64,000 nt of DNA from an uncultured Planctomycetota bacterium (GTDB lineage: Bacteria; Planctomycetota; Phycisphaerae; Tepidisphaerales; Tepidisphaeraceae), in contig CAWJEN010000001.1 in assembly GCA_963841915.1 (NCBI GenBank), forward strand, positions 32,001-96,000. The letters are read 5' to 3'. Positions 40,386 through 49,779 of the stretch are shown in pieces. Numbering within the stretch: position 1 is the stretch's first letter; every line of letters starts with the position of its first letter. The notes under the pieces were generated by a model. The model worked only from the letters and a program-made list of their open reading frames with translations. It was not told the DNA's origin and ran no database searches. Position numbers and translations under genes: made by a program.

Positions 40386-41979
40386 GCAGACGACCGTCCG
40401 CGAGGGAATTGACTTAAGTGTGTACCGCGACCGCCCGCTCAACGGCGGCGACGGTGGAATCCTGCACGGCTGGGGACCGCTCGCCGACGAGGGCGTCGCG
40501 CACGTCGACATGATTCTGGTCGTGATCCCGTGGCATGGCACCGACTTGCCGGGGGACGAGGCGGACTGGACGCGGGTCGAGGCCGACATGGCTGCGGTGA
40601 AGGCGCTACGCAAGTTGGTCTACCTCTACCCGCACGTCGCGTGGCCGCCGCCGCATCTCGGGCTCGAGGTGATGGATCCGCACCACGGCTGGATCGACTA
40701 CAGCGACCCGACCGCACACGCGGCGAAGCTCAAGTGGTGCGAGAAGATCGCCCGCCGGTTCGGCCGTGACGAAGCGGTTCGGACGATCCGCATGCCCGCT
40801 TTCGAGCACGGCGAGGCGTGGCTGACCGACGAGATCGCCCGACGCCTCATCGAGCGGGCCGGCGGGCAACATCTTGGAGACGAGGCAACGCTGGAACTTT
40901 CGGACCAACTCATCGGCGAGACTTACGAGGCGTTTCTGCGTCAAAGTGACCCGTCGCGACTCATCGCCCACGGCGGGGGCTTGGGCGATCGTCCGCAGCG
41001 GCGGGCCGTAGAGGCGGGCACCGGTCACGCCAACGGCACCCACGTGCTGGACTTTGCCGGACGCCACCAGTTCCCGCGGCCCGCCGATGCAGAGCTGAGC
41101 GACGGACACGCCCGCATCAAAACGCTCGCCCAGCGGGGAAACGGCGGCGTCTACTGCTGCGAGATGCACAGCGGCAGCCAGTGGCAGCAGACGACGGCCG
41201 CCCGCCTTCGATGGCAGACGGCGACGCTCGCTTCCATCATCGTCAACGGCACCAACTTCGTGATGCTTCCGCCGGCCTTGCTTAACGGCCAGCCGTTCCG
41301 CCACGCATCATCGGAGCGAGGGAACGTGTCGCCGGATTGGACCGGCCGACCAACGCGTCGCAACGAGGAAAGCTTCACGCATTGGATGCCCTCGCCCGAC
41401 GACGGCACACTCGTCCGCTGGGCCCGCAGCCTGATGGCGACGACATCGGCCGACACGCCGGAAGCCTTCGCACAGCTCAGCACGCACCACCTGCCCGGCG
41501 GCAAGCAGGTGCTCGCGCTGGAGCACGCGATGACCTTCCGCGACGACCTGAGCCCGAGCCACCCAACTGACGAGTTCGACATGGGCGGCGGAGCGGAGTT
41601 TCAGCAGAACGTCTTCGAATACGTCCCTGCCCACTTCGCCAGGCGCACCGCCCGCCGTCGCGATGGCGGGAAGTTGGTGTTCGAGCTCTCAACCGAATTC
41701 TCCAGCCGCATCGGCACCACCGGCGAAGTCTTTGAGGTTCGGGTCGCCTTCCTTGATGAAGGCCACGGTGGCTTGCTGGTCAAGACGACGCTTGATGATG
41801 CATCGCACACGCTCGGCCGGGTGACCTTCGAGAACACCGGTCTCTGGCGAACCGCTTGCTTTGTCGCGGTCGCTCCCGAGGACTGGCCGACGAGTGACGG
41901 CACGTCGCCGCTCTTGGAGGTCGTCGGCACCGCTGAGCAGGGCATCGTGGTCTGCCTCATCCGGGTGATGCTCTTGTAA
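40369..41979 (+). CDS. Unknown protein, putative glycoside-hydrolase-like; paralogue of 30353-31996
   Basis: ATG 40369 overlaps the upstream gene's 3' end. Collinear similarity to 30353. Confidence 0.8.
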   Translation: MPLPIEQTTVREGIDLSVYRDRPLNGGDGGILHGWGPLADEGVAHVDMILVVIPWHGTDLPGDEADWTRVEADMAAVKALRKLVYLYPHVAWPPPHLGLEVMDPHHGWIDYSDPTAHAAKLKWCEKIARRFGRDEAVRTIRMPAFEHGEAWLTDEIARRLIERAGGQHLGDEATLELSDQLIGETYEAFLRQSDPSRLIAHGGGLGDRPQRRAVEAGTGHANGTHVLDFAGRHQFPRPADAELSDGHARIKTLAQRGNGGVYCCEMHSGSQWQQTTAARLRWQTATLASIIVNGTNFVMLPPALLNGQPFRHASSERGNVSPDWTGRPTRRNEESFTHWMPSPDDGTLVRWARSLMATTSADTPEAFAQLSTHHLPGGKQVLALEHAMTFRDDLSPSHPTDEFDMGGGAEFQQNVFEYVPAHFARRTARRRDGGKLVFELSTEFSSRIGTTGEVFEVRVAFLDEGHGGLLVKTTLDDASHTLGRVTFENTGLWRTACFVAVAPEDWPTSDGTSPLLEVVGTAEQGIVVCLIRVMLL

Positions 41980-42249
41980 ACTGCCAGTTGCAGCTGAGGT
42001 GCAGAATGCATTTCGATGAAGAGCGTGCTGCTGACTAGGTGGTACCGGTACTAACACGCAGCTCGATGGGGCTAAATCGGGAGCATCGCGCCGACGGTTG
42101 ACGCCATGAGCTGAAAGGGGACGGGCCAGCCGAGCCGGCTGTGCCATCTGACGCACGCGGCGCAGCGTGCGGCACGAGCCCAGCCGCTGAGCGTAAATTG
42201 CGAAATGCGGATCGCCTCGGCCGCGGCTTTATGGGTAGACGTCACTCGA

Positions 42250-42460
42250 TCGCTGTCTGCACACGACGTCAAAAAGACTCACGCTCCGGCCGGCAGCTCA
42301 CGCGGGTCGGACCATTGGCCGCCGAAGGTGCGAAACGCCGCCAGCACAGCGACGATCACGAGCGCGCGGATGAAGGTTGCGTAGTCAGAGTCGATCCACT
42401 TGAGCCCGGCCTTGGCGTAGATCGCAGTTAATGCGGCAAAGCCAACCGACAGCAGGGCGG
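42250..42460 (-). pseudogene. EamA-like small membrane transporter remnant
   Basis: LTAIYAKAGLKWIDSDYATFIRALVIVAVL..GQWSDP, followed by a stop. Confidence 0.65.
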
Positions 42461-42617
42461 AAACGAATCACGCGGGCAATGCGTTGGCGGCGGGCATTGA
42501 TTGAGCGTGCCGAGGAATCGGCGTCAAAGGTGCGGATCACCATTCGATCGTTCTCTCTGCCCGACCCCGTCAGGTACGATTGCGTGTTCCCTCTGCGGCG
42601 CGTGATACGAAGGCACG

Positions 42618-42965
42618 ATGAAGCCTCAAGTCGAAGTCTGCCTGGCGTGTCAAGTGTGTACACCGCCGTCGCCATGCGCGTCGGCCGTCCCGCTGGCGAC
42701 GCTCTCGCCGGGCATGATGAAGCTCGTGCTGCAGCAGAATCCGCACGCGGATCCGACCGGATGTGTCGGCCAGACGTGTCTCACCAAGCTGCGGGCCGAC
42801 CACGTGCGGCAACTCCTCCAGGAGGACATGGGCGAACTGTCGGCCCTCGACGAGGAAGTGCTCAAGGCCCTCGGTGAAGGCGAATCCGTAGGTCAGCACG
42901 TTCCGCAGGTCAGTGCTGGCCACTGTCGCCGCCGGCGGACTCCAGAGCCAATGGCGGCAGATTGA
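42618..42965 (+). pseudogene. N-terminal fragment of a DUF1003-type protein
   Basis: CQVC..CLTKLRADHVRQLLQEDMGELSALDEEVLKAL resembles the N-terminal extension of DUF1003 membrane proteins. The membrane domain is absent. Confidence 0.55.
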
Positions 42966-43200
42966 AGAAGACTCGGGCTTGCTCGACGATCGTCCTCGTC
43001 GCGCTCGCTCCGGCTCGGGTGCAGCCTAGATCATGGACGCGTTGCAAGCGGCTGAAGTCGCGTACGCCGCCGCTGGCCTTGATTTGAACGCTGGACCTGC
43101 TCATATTCCGCGAGGACAACCCGGCTGCAGCCTTTGACGTAGGGATTCAACGGCTGCTGAAGGAGCGACGGATCAGCGACGGCCCGACAATCCTCTATGG
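42960..43200 (-). pseudogene. Deoxyribose-phosphate aldolase (DeoC-like) remnant
   Basis: VQIKASGGVRDFSRL..LGCTRAGASATRTI is a DeoC-like C-terminus, preceded by DPSLLQ..PYVKGC in another frame. Confidence 0.5.
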
Positions 43201-43345
43201 CGACGGCTGCAGCTGCCAAGTATCGCCCGATGGTGATCTCCAAGTCGCAATCCGCGGCAGGCGTCAATTTGCCTGGATCACGACTAATTCAACATAAGAT
43301 TGATTATCGGCCCATGTCCTGTGAGAGCCGCGGGTGCGTTACGGG

Positions 43346-43624
43346 TCACGCTGCCCGACGGCGGGCAACGTTCTTGGCCGTCCGCTTCTGAAGCCAGCCG
43401 GCCAATCGGACGTGCTTGTGCCGGGCGTGACGCAGGTGCTCGAGGTACTCCTTGAGAGCACCCGTCTTGAACTCTGCCAGGAAACTGCGGGTTGCGGTCG
43501 GGTTGAGCTCGCGGATCGCATCTATGGTTCGGCGGCGGTCTTCGAGCACGACCTCACGCAGCCGATAGCTGGTGGCGGACGCTTTGTTGTCGCTGGTTTC
43601 GCCTGTAGCGCGGAGCATGGTCAT
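43346..43624 (-). CDS. Small hypothetical protein
   Basis: 92 aa, amphipathic DRRRTIDAIRELNPTATRSFLAEF..ALKEYLEHL. Divergent from 43725. Confidence 0.6.
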   Translation of the reverse strand: MTMLRATGETSDNKASATSYRLREVVLEDRRRTIDAIRELNPTATRSFLAEFKTGALKEYLEHLRHARHKHVRLAGWLQKRTAKNVARRRAA

Positions 43625-43724
43625 CGGGTCGTAAGATCGGCCCGTGAGCGAGGTTCCCTCCAATCCGTCGTCAGCATCTCGAGAGCCCTCTTCCCGACCT
43701 GCCGGCCTGGCCGGCCTGAAACGG

Positions 43725-44384
43725 ATGAGCACGACCGCCGGCGTCGGGACCGGCATGACCTATCGCCAGGTCAGCCCGCTAGCCGTCGCTGCCGTCGTGG
43801 CTGCCGTCTTGTCCCTGAGCGTCTTCATCCACCCGGCCATGACGATTATTCCCATAGCGGGCGTCGTCTTAAGCATCCTGGCCCTTGTCGCTGTCACCCG
43901 CAGCAACGGCACGCAGGTCGGACGCACCCTGGCCATCGGCAGCCTGATCGCCTCCTCCGTCCTGGCCGGCCTGTTTGCGTGGCGGTTCTTCAGCACGGCC
44001 ACCTCGGAGCGGACTATGGCCACTGACGTGCGGCAGACGGTCGCGTCGTTCGGCGACGCCCTAGCGGCCGAGGACTACGCGTCCGCGTACGCCCTTATGG
44101 CCGGGGCTTTCCAGGAAGACGTCGCAGAAAGCCAATTTGGCTCGTGGCTTTCGGGCTACCCGGCGGCGAAGGACCGCGAAGGCGAGCCTGTCTTCGGCAA
44201 CATCACCGGGGCCAAGGCCGGTGAGCGGATCAAGTTCAGTGAGGCCGCCGGCGATCGAACCCTGGCTGACACTGAGCTCATAGTCACCTTCGAACACGGG
44301 GAGCCGCTGACGCAGTCAGTCCTCCTCAACGGTCGCGACGGCACATGGAAGCTTCGGCAATTCGAGCAATGGTTCGCCGAATGA
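43725..44384 (+). CDS. Membrane protein (DUF4190-like N-terminus, soluble C-domain)
   Basis: YRQVSPLAVAAVV followed by three hydrophobic segments. Confidence 0.7.
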   Translation: MSTTAGVGTGMTYRQVSPLAVAAVVAAVLSLSVFIHPAMTIIPIAGVVLSILALVAVTRSNGTQVGRTLAIGSLIASSVLAGLFAWRFFSTATSERTMATDVRQTVASFGDALAAEDYASAYALMAGAFQEDVAESQFGSWLSGYPAAKDREGEPVFGNITGAKAGERIKFSEAAGDRTLADTELIVTFEHGEPLTQSVLLNGRDGTWKLRQFEQWFAE

Positions 44385-44482
44385 CGATGAGGATTATCGG
44401 AGCGTCAAAAGCTCATTGCGTTTAGGTCGCCCCCGGGCGTGGTCGATACGCGGGAGGTACACGCCCCTTGCGCCATCGACTC

Positions 44483-45748
44483 ATGAAGTTTCACCCGACC
44501 TCCCACCGTGCCGCCGCTACCGCGGCCATCGCCCTGATCGCCACCCTCGCCGGCTGCGCTTACGAAGAGCCCTTCGAGTCGGCTCGTGACGGCACCAGCC
44601 GCTTTGACGAGCCTCGGCGGGCCCAGGCCGGTCAGCTGCAGGTCGATCCGCTCGCAGCCGTGACCTTTGATGAACCGGCAGACGACGTCGGCTTCGTCAG
44701 CGTCGAGGCGGGCGGACCCAACGCGTTTGGCGAGTTCGGTGGTGAAGGCGAACGCCCGTACCGCCCCATCGCCGGTCGCGCCGGGTACCAACAGCACACG
44801 TATGTCGATGAAGGCTTCGACGGCGACGTCAGCGTCAGCCCCGACGGCAAGACCATTGCCTTCAGCTCGACACGCCACTCGACACGCAGCGACCTCTACC
44901 TGCAAAGCACCAGCGGGTTGGCGGTCACAAAGCTGACAACCGACCCGGCCGACGACGCTTTTCCGGCGTTCAGCCCGGGTGGTGACAAAATCGCATTCTG
45001 CTCCAACCGCAGCGGCAATTGGGACGTCTACGTCATGGATCGCGACGGCCGCAACGTCACGGCTGTCACGCAGGGCACAGGTCACGACCTGCACCCGAGC
45101 TTCAGCCCCGACGGCCGGCAACTCGTATTCTGCCGCATCGGCGGACGCAGCGATCAGTGGGAAATCTGGACGGCCGACCTCACAACGGGTGAAAAGACGA
45201 TGGTCGGATTCGGCCTGTTCCCGGCGTGGTCGCCCCGCACGGACAAGGACGTCATCGCTTTTCAACGTGCCCGCCAACGTGGCGGCCGGTGGTTCAGCCT
45301 CTGGACGCTCGAGCTCAAGAGCGGCGAGCCGACGAATGTGACTGAAGTCGCCATGAGCACCAACGCCGCCCTCGTCGCACCGGCCTGGTCACCGGACGGC
45401 AGCAAGCTGACGTTCGCAACGGTCGTCGAGCCCCAGGCCGGCATGCCCGATACCGATATTGCCGTCGGCCGACAGGACATTTGGACCGTCAACGCCGACG
45501 GCACCGACCGGCATCGCATCACGGATGGCAAAGGTGTCTACGCCACCCCTGATTGGGCCAGCGACGGCCGCGTCTACTTCGTCAGCGATCGCGGCGGCAG
45601 CGAGTGTGTCTGGTCCGCCCGTGCCGATGCCGCCAACATGAGCCGCGTTGCGGTCAAGCCCCCGACGCCGCAGGTCGAGCCGACCGATCAGCACGTGCCA
45701 CCGTTCGCAACGCAACGGGCCGACACGTCGCACGCACCGATCGAGTAA
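44483..45748 (+). CDS. TolB-like PD40-repeat lipoprotein
   Basis: Lipobox LAGC, then repeats VSPDGKTIAFSSTR, FSPGGDKIAFCSNRSG, FSPDGRQLVF and WSPDGSKL. Confidence 0.88.
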   Translation: MKFHPTSHRAAATAAIALIATLAGCAYEEPFESARDGTSRFDEPRRAQAGQLQVDPLAAVTFDEPADDVGFVSVEAGGPNAFGEFGGEGERPYRPIAGRAGYQQHTYVDEGFDGDVSVSPDGKTIAFSSTRHSTRSDLYLQSTSGLAVTKLTTDPADDAFPAFSPGGDKIAFCSNRSGNWDVYVMDRDGRNVTAVTQGTGHDLHPSFSPDGRQLVFCRIGGRSDQWEIWTADLTTGEKTMVGFGLFPAWSPRTDKDVIAFQRARQRGGRWFSLWTLELKSGEPTNVTEVAMSTNAALVAPAWSPDGSKLTFATVVEPQAGMPDTDIAVGRQDIWTVNADGTDRHRITDGKGVYATPDWASDGRVYFVSDRGGSECVWSARADAANMSRVAVKPPTPQVEPTDQHVPPFATQRADTSHAPIE

Positions 45749-45754
45749 AGCCGT

Positions 45755-45770
45755 TGTTGCACGTGGAACA
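45755..45770. promoter_or_regulatory. parS: parS site
   Basis: TGTTGCACGTGGAACA, intergenic, one mismatch to the perfect palindrome at 48760. Confidence 0.8.
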
Positions 45771-45887
45771 CGAACCGGGAGCCTCTGGCTCCCGGTTCTT
45801 TCGTCGTGCCTGCTGATTGAGAACTGGAAAGGTCCCCGAGGCATTCGACTTAACGCGGTCCGAGCCCGTGACTACCCTCGGCGGCCG

Positions 45888-48707
45888 TTGTTTAAACTCA
45901 CCCTTGCCAACCTCATCAGGCGGCCGGCCCGCACGCTGCTCACCGTCATCGCCGTCGCGCTCAGCGTCGCCCTTGTCGTTTCGACCACCAGCGGCTACGC
46001 GTCAGCAGAACTTAGCGTTCGATCGTTCATCGAGAACTATCTCGGCAACGACGACTTCCGCATCACCAGCGGCAGCGACGCTGCCGGCATGCCCTCGTCC
46101 TACCTGCGCGAGCTCGAAGCCGATCCGGCGGTGCGTAGTGCCTACGGCAGGCTCGCCGATCAGCGACAACTCAAGGGGCTTGACGGCGTACCCATCGCCA
46201 AGCCCTTCGAGGTGCTGGGCGTTGATCCGAGCGTCGACAGCTACCTGTCCCGCCTGCCGATCGACAGCGGCGACATCTTCAAGTCGGCCGACGAGCCATC
46301 GGTCATGCTCGACGTCGCCAGCCGTCGAGCATTGGGCGTCGATGTAGGCGAGCCCTTCGTGTTCCCCGGGAAGAACGGGCCCGTCGAGCTCAAGGTCGTC
46401 GGAGTCGTCTATCGGCCCAAGATCATCAGCATCCTCGGTAATCGCTCGATCTACGTCCCGCTCGAGACGCTGCAGCAGCTCACGCGTCCCGAAGATCCCG
46501 ATCGACTGACCACCATCAACGCGGCGCTGGAGGTCGGTCGCGACATCGAGCAGACGGTGGATCGCCTGCAAACCGAAGTCAACGCGAGTGGTCAGCCTTG
46601 GAAGGTTCGCAGCACGAGGGCAGACCGCGAAGTCGTCGACAACGGGTTGCGAGCGATGTCGCTGCTGGCCCTCATGGGTGGCATGGTTTCGCTGCTGGCG
46701 GCGACGTTCATCGTCTTTGGCACCCTGGCCATGGGCGTGGCGGAGCGGCAGCGGACGCTGGCCATGCTCAGGGGAATCGGCGCGACGCGGAAGCAGATCG
46801 CTACCAGCGTCATCGGCGAGGGCGTCTTGCTCGCGATCCTGGGCGTGGTGCTCGGTGTGCCTCTGGGCCTGGGATTCGTGTACGGCCTGACGCAGTACTA
46901 CGAAGAGATCTTCACCGAAGGCCTTGCCATCGGTTGGTTCGGCATCGGGGCGGCGGTGCTGGGGACCACGCTGGCAGCCGTCGCGGCGTCGCTCGTGCCT
47001 GCGTACTCGGCTTCGCGCGTCGACCCACTGGCGGCGATGCGACCCGCCGCCGAGGCACCGGCCAAGGGTCCGCCCTGGATCTGGTTGACAGTCGGCATCG
47101 GGCTCATCCTGATCGACGTCGTCCTGCTCTGGCCGCCGCTGGGGTATCTGCCGCTGCCCGACGACTGGGAGCGGGCCGGCCGGTTCTGGCTGCACTTCTT
47201 CATCGGCTTGCCGACGTTGATGCTCGGGTTCTTCCTCATCGCGCCGACGCTTGTCTGGCTCGCCGACGCGTTGCTCGCACGGCCGATGGCGCTCGTCATG
47301 GGCGTCACGCCGTCGTTGCTCAAGCAGCAACTCGGCGGTGGCATCTGGCGGGCGGCAGGAACTGCGGCAGCGCTCATGGTCGGGCCGGCGGTGCTCATCG
47401 TCATGAACACACAAGGCCGCAGCGGCATCCAGGGCTGGCAGCTGCCCGACGCGTTCCCCGATGTCTTCATGTTCGACAAGAACGGCATCCCGGCCGACCG
47501 CATCGACGAGATCTCAGCCGTCGAAGGCATCGCCAAGCTAGCCGACGGCACGCCCGACGTCACGCCCATCGGCTACCTGCACCCGCGGCTGGGCGAGGGT
47601 GTCTTTGCCATCGCTGGCGCTGCGTTCGCCCCGGATCGGACCATGTTCGTCGCCGTCGATCCTGAGCGCGTCTTTGCGATGATGGACCTCGACTTCACCG
47701 CGGGCGACCTCGAGTCGGCCAAGCGGATGCTGATGCGTGGCGGCCTGGCGCAGCTCAGCGACGGCAGGCAGGTGCATGGCTCGGTAGAAAAGGTCGCGGG
47801 CGCCGACACACTCGTGCCCCTGGTGACGGACGAACAGACTGCGGTTCCCATTCCCATGGACCGCGTGACGAGCTTCGACGATGCGAACTACCTCATCGTT
47901 ACCGAAGAGTTCCGCCAGCTCCGCGGGCTGGGGCCAGGTGATCCGTTCACGCTCAAACGCAACGGCACCGGCATCCTCGGCACGCTTCGCGGCGAAGATG
48001 TGCCGTTTGTCGTCGCAGGCGTCGTCCGCTCGCCTGGCATCGATCTCATGGTCGCGACATTCGACCTCGGCAGGCAGTTCGAGGGACAATCAGCGGCCAG
48101 CGTCTTCGGCACGCTGCAAGACGCCCGCGACCTGTTCGGCATGAAGGACGTGTTCCTCATCGCCGCCAACCTGGACGTCGGGGCCGACAAGAAGGTCGTC
48201 CTCGAACGGGTGGCGTCGACGCTCAACAACGACGGCATCTCCATCAGTGACGTCCGTCAGCTCAAGTACGAGATCCAACAAGGCCTCGGACGTTTGCTCA
48301 CCATTGCCGGCGTCGTAGCTTGGGCGGCGTTGGCTGTGTCGAGCCTCGGAGTGACCAACACCGTTATGGCAGGCGTGCGGACGCGTCGCTATCAGCTCGG
48401 CGTGCTCCGCGCGATCGGCGTGACGCGAGGCGAACTGCTCCGACTCATCGTCAGCGAGGCGATCCTGCTCGGGTTGGCAGCAGCGGCGCTGGGCACGCTG
48501 GCGGGCCTGCTCATGGCCCTCAACGCCCGGCAGCTTCAGGCGTGGACCGTCGGCTACGTCCCGCCGCTTCAGATCGCTTGGGACGTCGTGCTCGTCGGCG
48601 CCGTCGCGGTGCTGTCGGTGAGCGTCCTGGCCTCGCTGTGGCCTGCCTGGTCGGCGGCGAAGGAGCAAGTGCTCAGCCTCCTCCGCGGTGGCCGATCGGC
48701 GTCTTGA
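45888..48707 (+). CDS. ABC transporter permease, FtsX/MacB-like (two repeats)
   Basis: LANLIRRPARTLLT, AERQRTLAMLRGIGATRKQI and RRYQLGVLRAIGVTRGEL. TTG start inferred. Confidence 0.92.
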   Translation: MFKLTLANLIRRPARTLLTVIAVALSVALVVSTTSGYASAELSVRSFIENYLGNDDFRITSGSDAAGMPSSYLRELEADPAVRSAYGRLADQRQLKGLDGVPIAKPFEVLGVDPSVDSYLSRLPIDSGDIFKSADEPSVMLDVASRRALGVDVGEPFVFPGKNGPVELKVVGVVYRPKIISILGNRSIYVPLETLQQLTRPEDPDRLTTINAALEVGRDIEQTVDRLQTEVNASGQPWKVRSTRADREVVDNGLRAMSLLALMGGMVSLLAATFIVFGTLAMGVAERQRTLAMLRGIGATRKQIATSVIGEGVLLAILGVVLGVPLGLGFVYGLTQYYEEIFTEGLAIGWFGIGAAVLGTTLAAVAASLVPAYSASRVDPLAAMRPAAEAPAKGPPWIWLTVGIGLILIDVVLLWPPLGYLPLPDDWERAGRFWLHFFIGLPTLMLGFFLIAPTLVWLADALLARPMALVMGVTPSLLKQQLGGGIWRAAGTAAALMVGPAVLIVMNTQGRSGIQGWQLPDAFPDVFMFDKNGIPADRIDEISAVEGIAKLADGTPDVTPIGYLHPRLGEGVFAIAGAAFAPDRTMFVAVDPERVFAMMDLDFTAGDLESAKRMLMRGGLAQLSDGRQVHGSVEKVAGADTLVPLVTDEQTAVPIPMDRVTSFDDANYLIVTEEFRQLRGLGPGDPFTLKRNGTGILGTLRGEDVPFVVAGVVRSPGIDLMVATFDLGRQFEGQSAASVFGTLQDARDLFGMKDVFLIAANLDVGADKKVVLERVASTLNNDGISISDVRQLKYEIQQGLGRLLTIAGVVAWAALAVSSLGVTNTVMAGVRTRRYQLGVLRAIGVTRGELLRLIVSEAILLGLAAAALGTLAGLLMALNARQLQAWTVGYVPPLQIAWDVVLVGAVAVLSVSVLASLWPAWSAAKEQVLSLLRGGRSAS

Positions 48708-48759
48708 GCGCTGCGCCGCGGCGGCCGATCAGGCGGTGGTGACACGGCGGCGGGCAGAA

Positions 48760-48775
48760 TGTTCCACGTGGAACA
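48760..48775. promoter_or_regulatory. parS: parS site (perfect palindrome)
   Basis: TGTTCCACGTGGAACA, matching the widespread parS consensus TGTTNCACGTGNAACA. Confidence 0.92.
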
Positions 48776-48833
48776 TCGGCCGACCCCGTTTGGCCATTGC
48801 CAGAGGTCTTTTTGCTCCCGATCGGCTCGCCAT

Positions 48834-48849
48834 TGTTCCACGTAGAACA
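48834..48849. promoter_or_regulatory. parS: parS site
   Basis: TGTTCCACGTAGAACA, one mismatch, 74 bp from the previous site. Confidence 0.82.
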
Positions 48850-49023
48850 CGCCAAACGTCTCGCCGCTGCGTCGGCGGGTCGTCCGCCCTCGTGGCTTTT
48901 ATACGAACATATCAACCAAATCGTCATGGGTTCTGCAGTCTCAGGCGAAGCTGATGATGAGGAATGCGCCCAGCCGAGCATTGCGCCGCCGCGGCCGCCG
49001 CGGCGCACCGCTACCGTCGCTCC

Positions 49024-49725
49024 GTGCGGATCAGCGAGCGGTTCGACAGCATCCAAGGCGAAGGCAAGCTCACCGGCGTGCCCAGCGCCTTCATCCGCGC
49101 CAGCGGCTGCAACCTCCGCTGCACCTGGTGCGACACGCCCTACGCCTCGTGGCACCCCGAAGGCGGCGACGAATCCGTCGACGACATCGCCACCTGGGTC
49201 GCCTCCATCGGCCGTCGTCACGTCGTCTTCACCGGGGGCGAGCCCGTCATTCAACCCCAGGCGGCCGACCTCTGCGACCGCCTCGTCGCCGACGGTTGCC
49301 ACGTCACGCTCGAGACCGCAGGCACCGTCTTCAAGCCGCTGGCGATCGACCTGCTGAGCCTCTCACCCAAGCTCGCCAACTCCACGCCCTGGCAACGCGA
49401 GGACGGCCGCTTCGCCCGCATCCATGAAGAGCATCGCCTCAACATCGACGCAATGAACGGCCTCATCGCACACACCCGCGACCGCGGCGGCGACGTGCAG
49501 GTGAAGTTCGTCCTCGCCGCCGAAAGCGATCTGGCCGAGGTGCAAGCTGTCATCGACCAGCTTGACCACGTGGCCCGCGAGGACGTGCTGCTCATGCCTG
49601 AAGGCACCGACGCCGCCACACTCGATAGCCGATCGGGTTGGCTGGCAGAACTGTGCAAACAGACCGGCTACCGATTCTGCCCACGCCTGCACGTCTACCT
49701 CTACGGCGACACCCGCGGCACATGA
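49024..49725 (+). CDS. queE: 7-carboxy-7-deazaguanine synthase (radical SAM)
   Basis: SIQGEGKLTGVPSAFIRASGCNLRCTWCDT, FTGGEP, LSPKL and PRLHVYLYG. Confidence 0.93.
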   Translation: MRISERFDSIQGEGKLTGVPSAFIRASGCNLRCTWCDTPYASWHPEGGDESVDDIATWVASIGRRHVVFTGGEPVIQPQAADLCDRLVADGCHVTLETAGTVFKPLAIDLLSLSPKLANSTPWQREDGRFARIHEEHRLNIDAMNGLIAHTRDRGGDVQVKFVLAAESDLAEVQAVIDQLDHVAREDVLLMPEGTDAATLDSRSGWLAELCKQTGYRFCPRLHVYLYGDTRGT

Positions 49726-49779
49726 GGGGTTAAATTGACGACGCGGGCGCTTCCGTTCGTTTAGATGTGAAGCGGGTCG

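Noticed and set aside
49024..49725. 7-deazaguanine DNA-modification (dpd) defence island
   Set aside because: queE stands alone among housekeeping genes with no dpdA/tgt-like, queC or queD neighbours, so ordinary queuosine synthesis is more likely.
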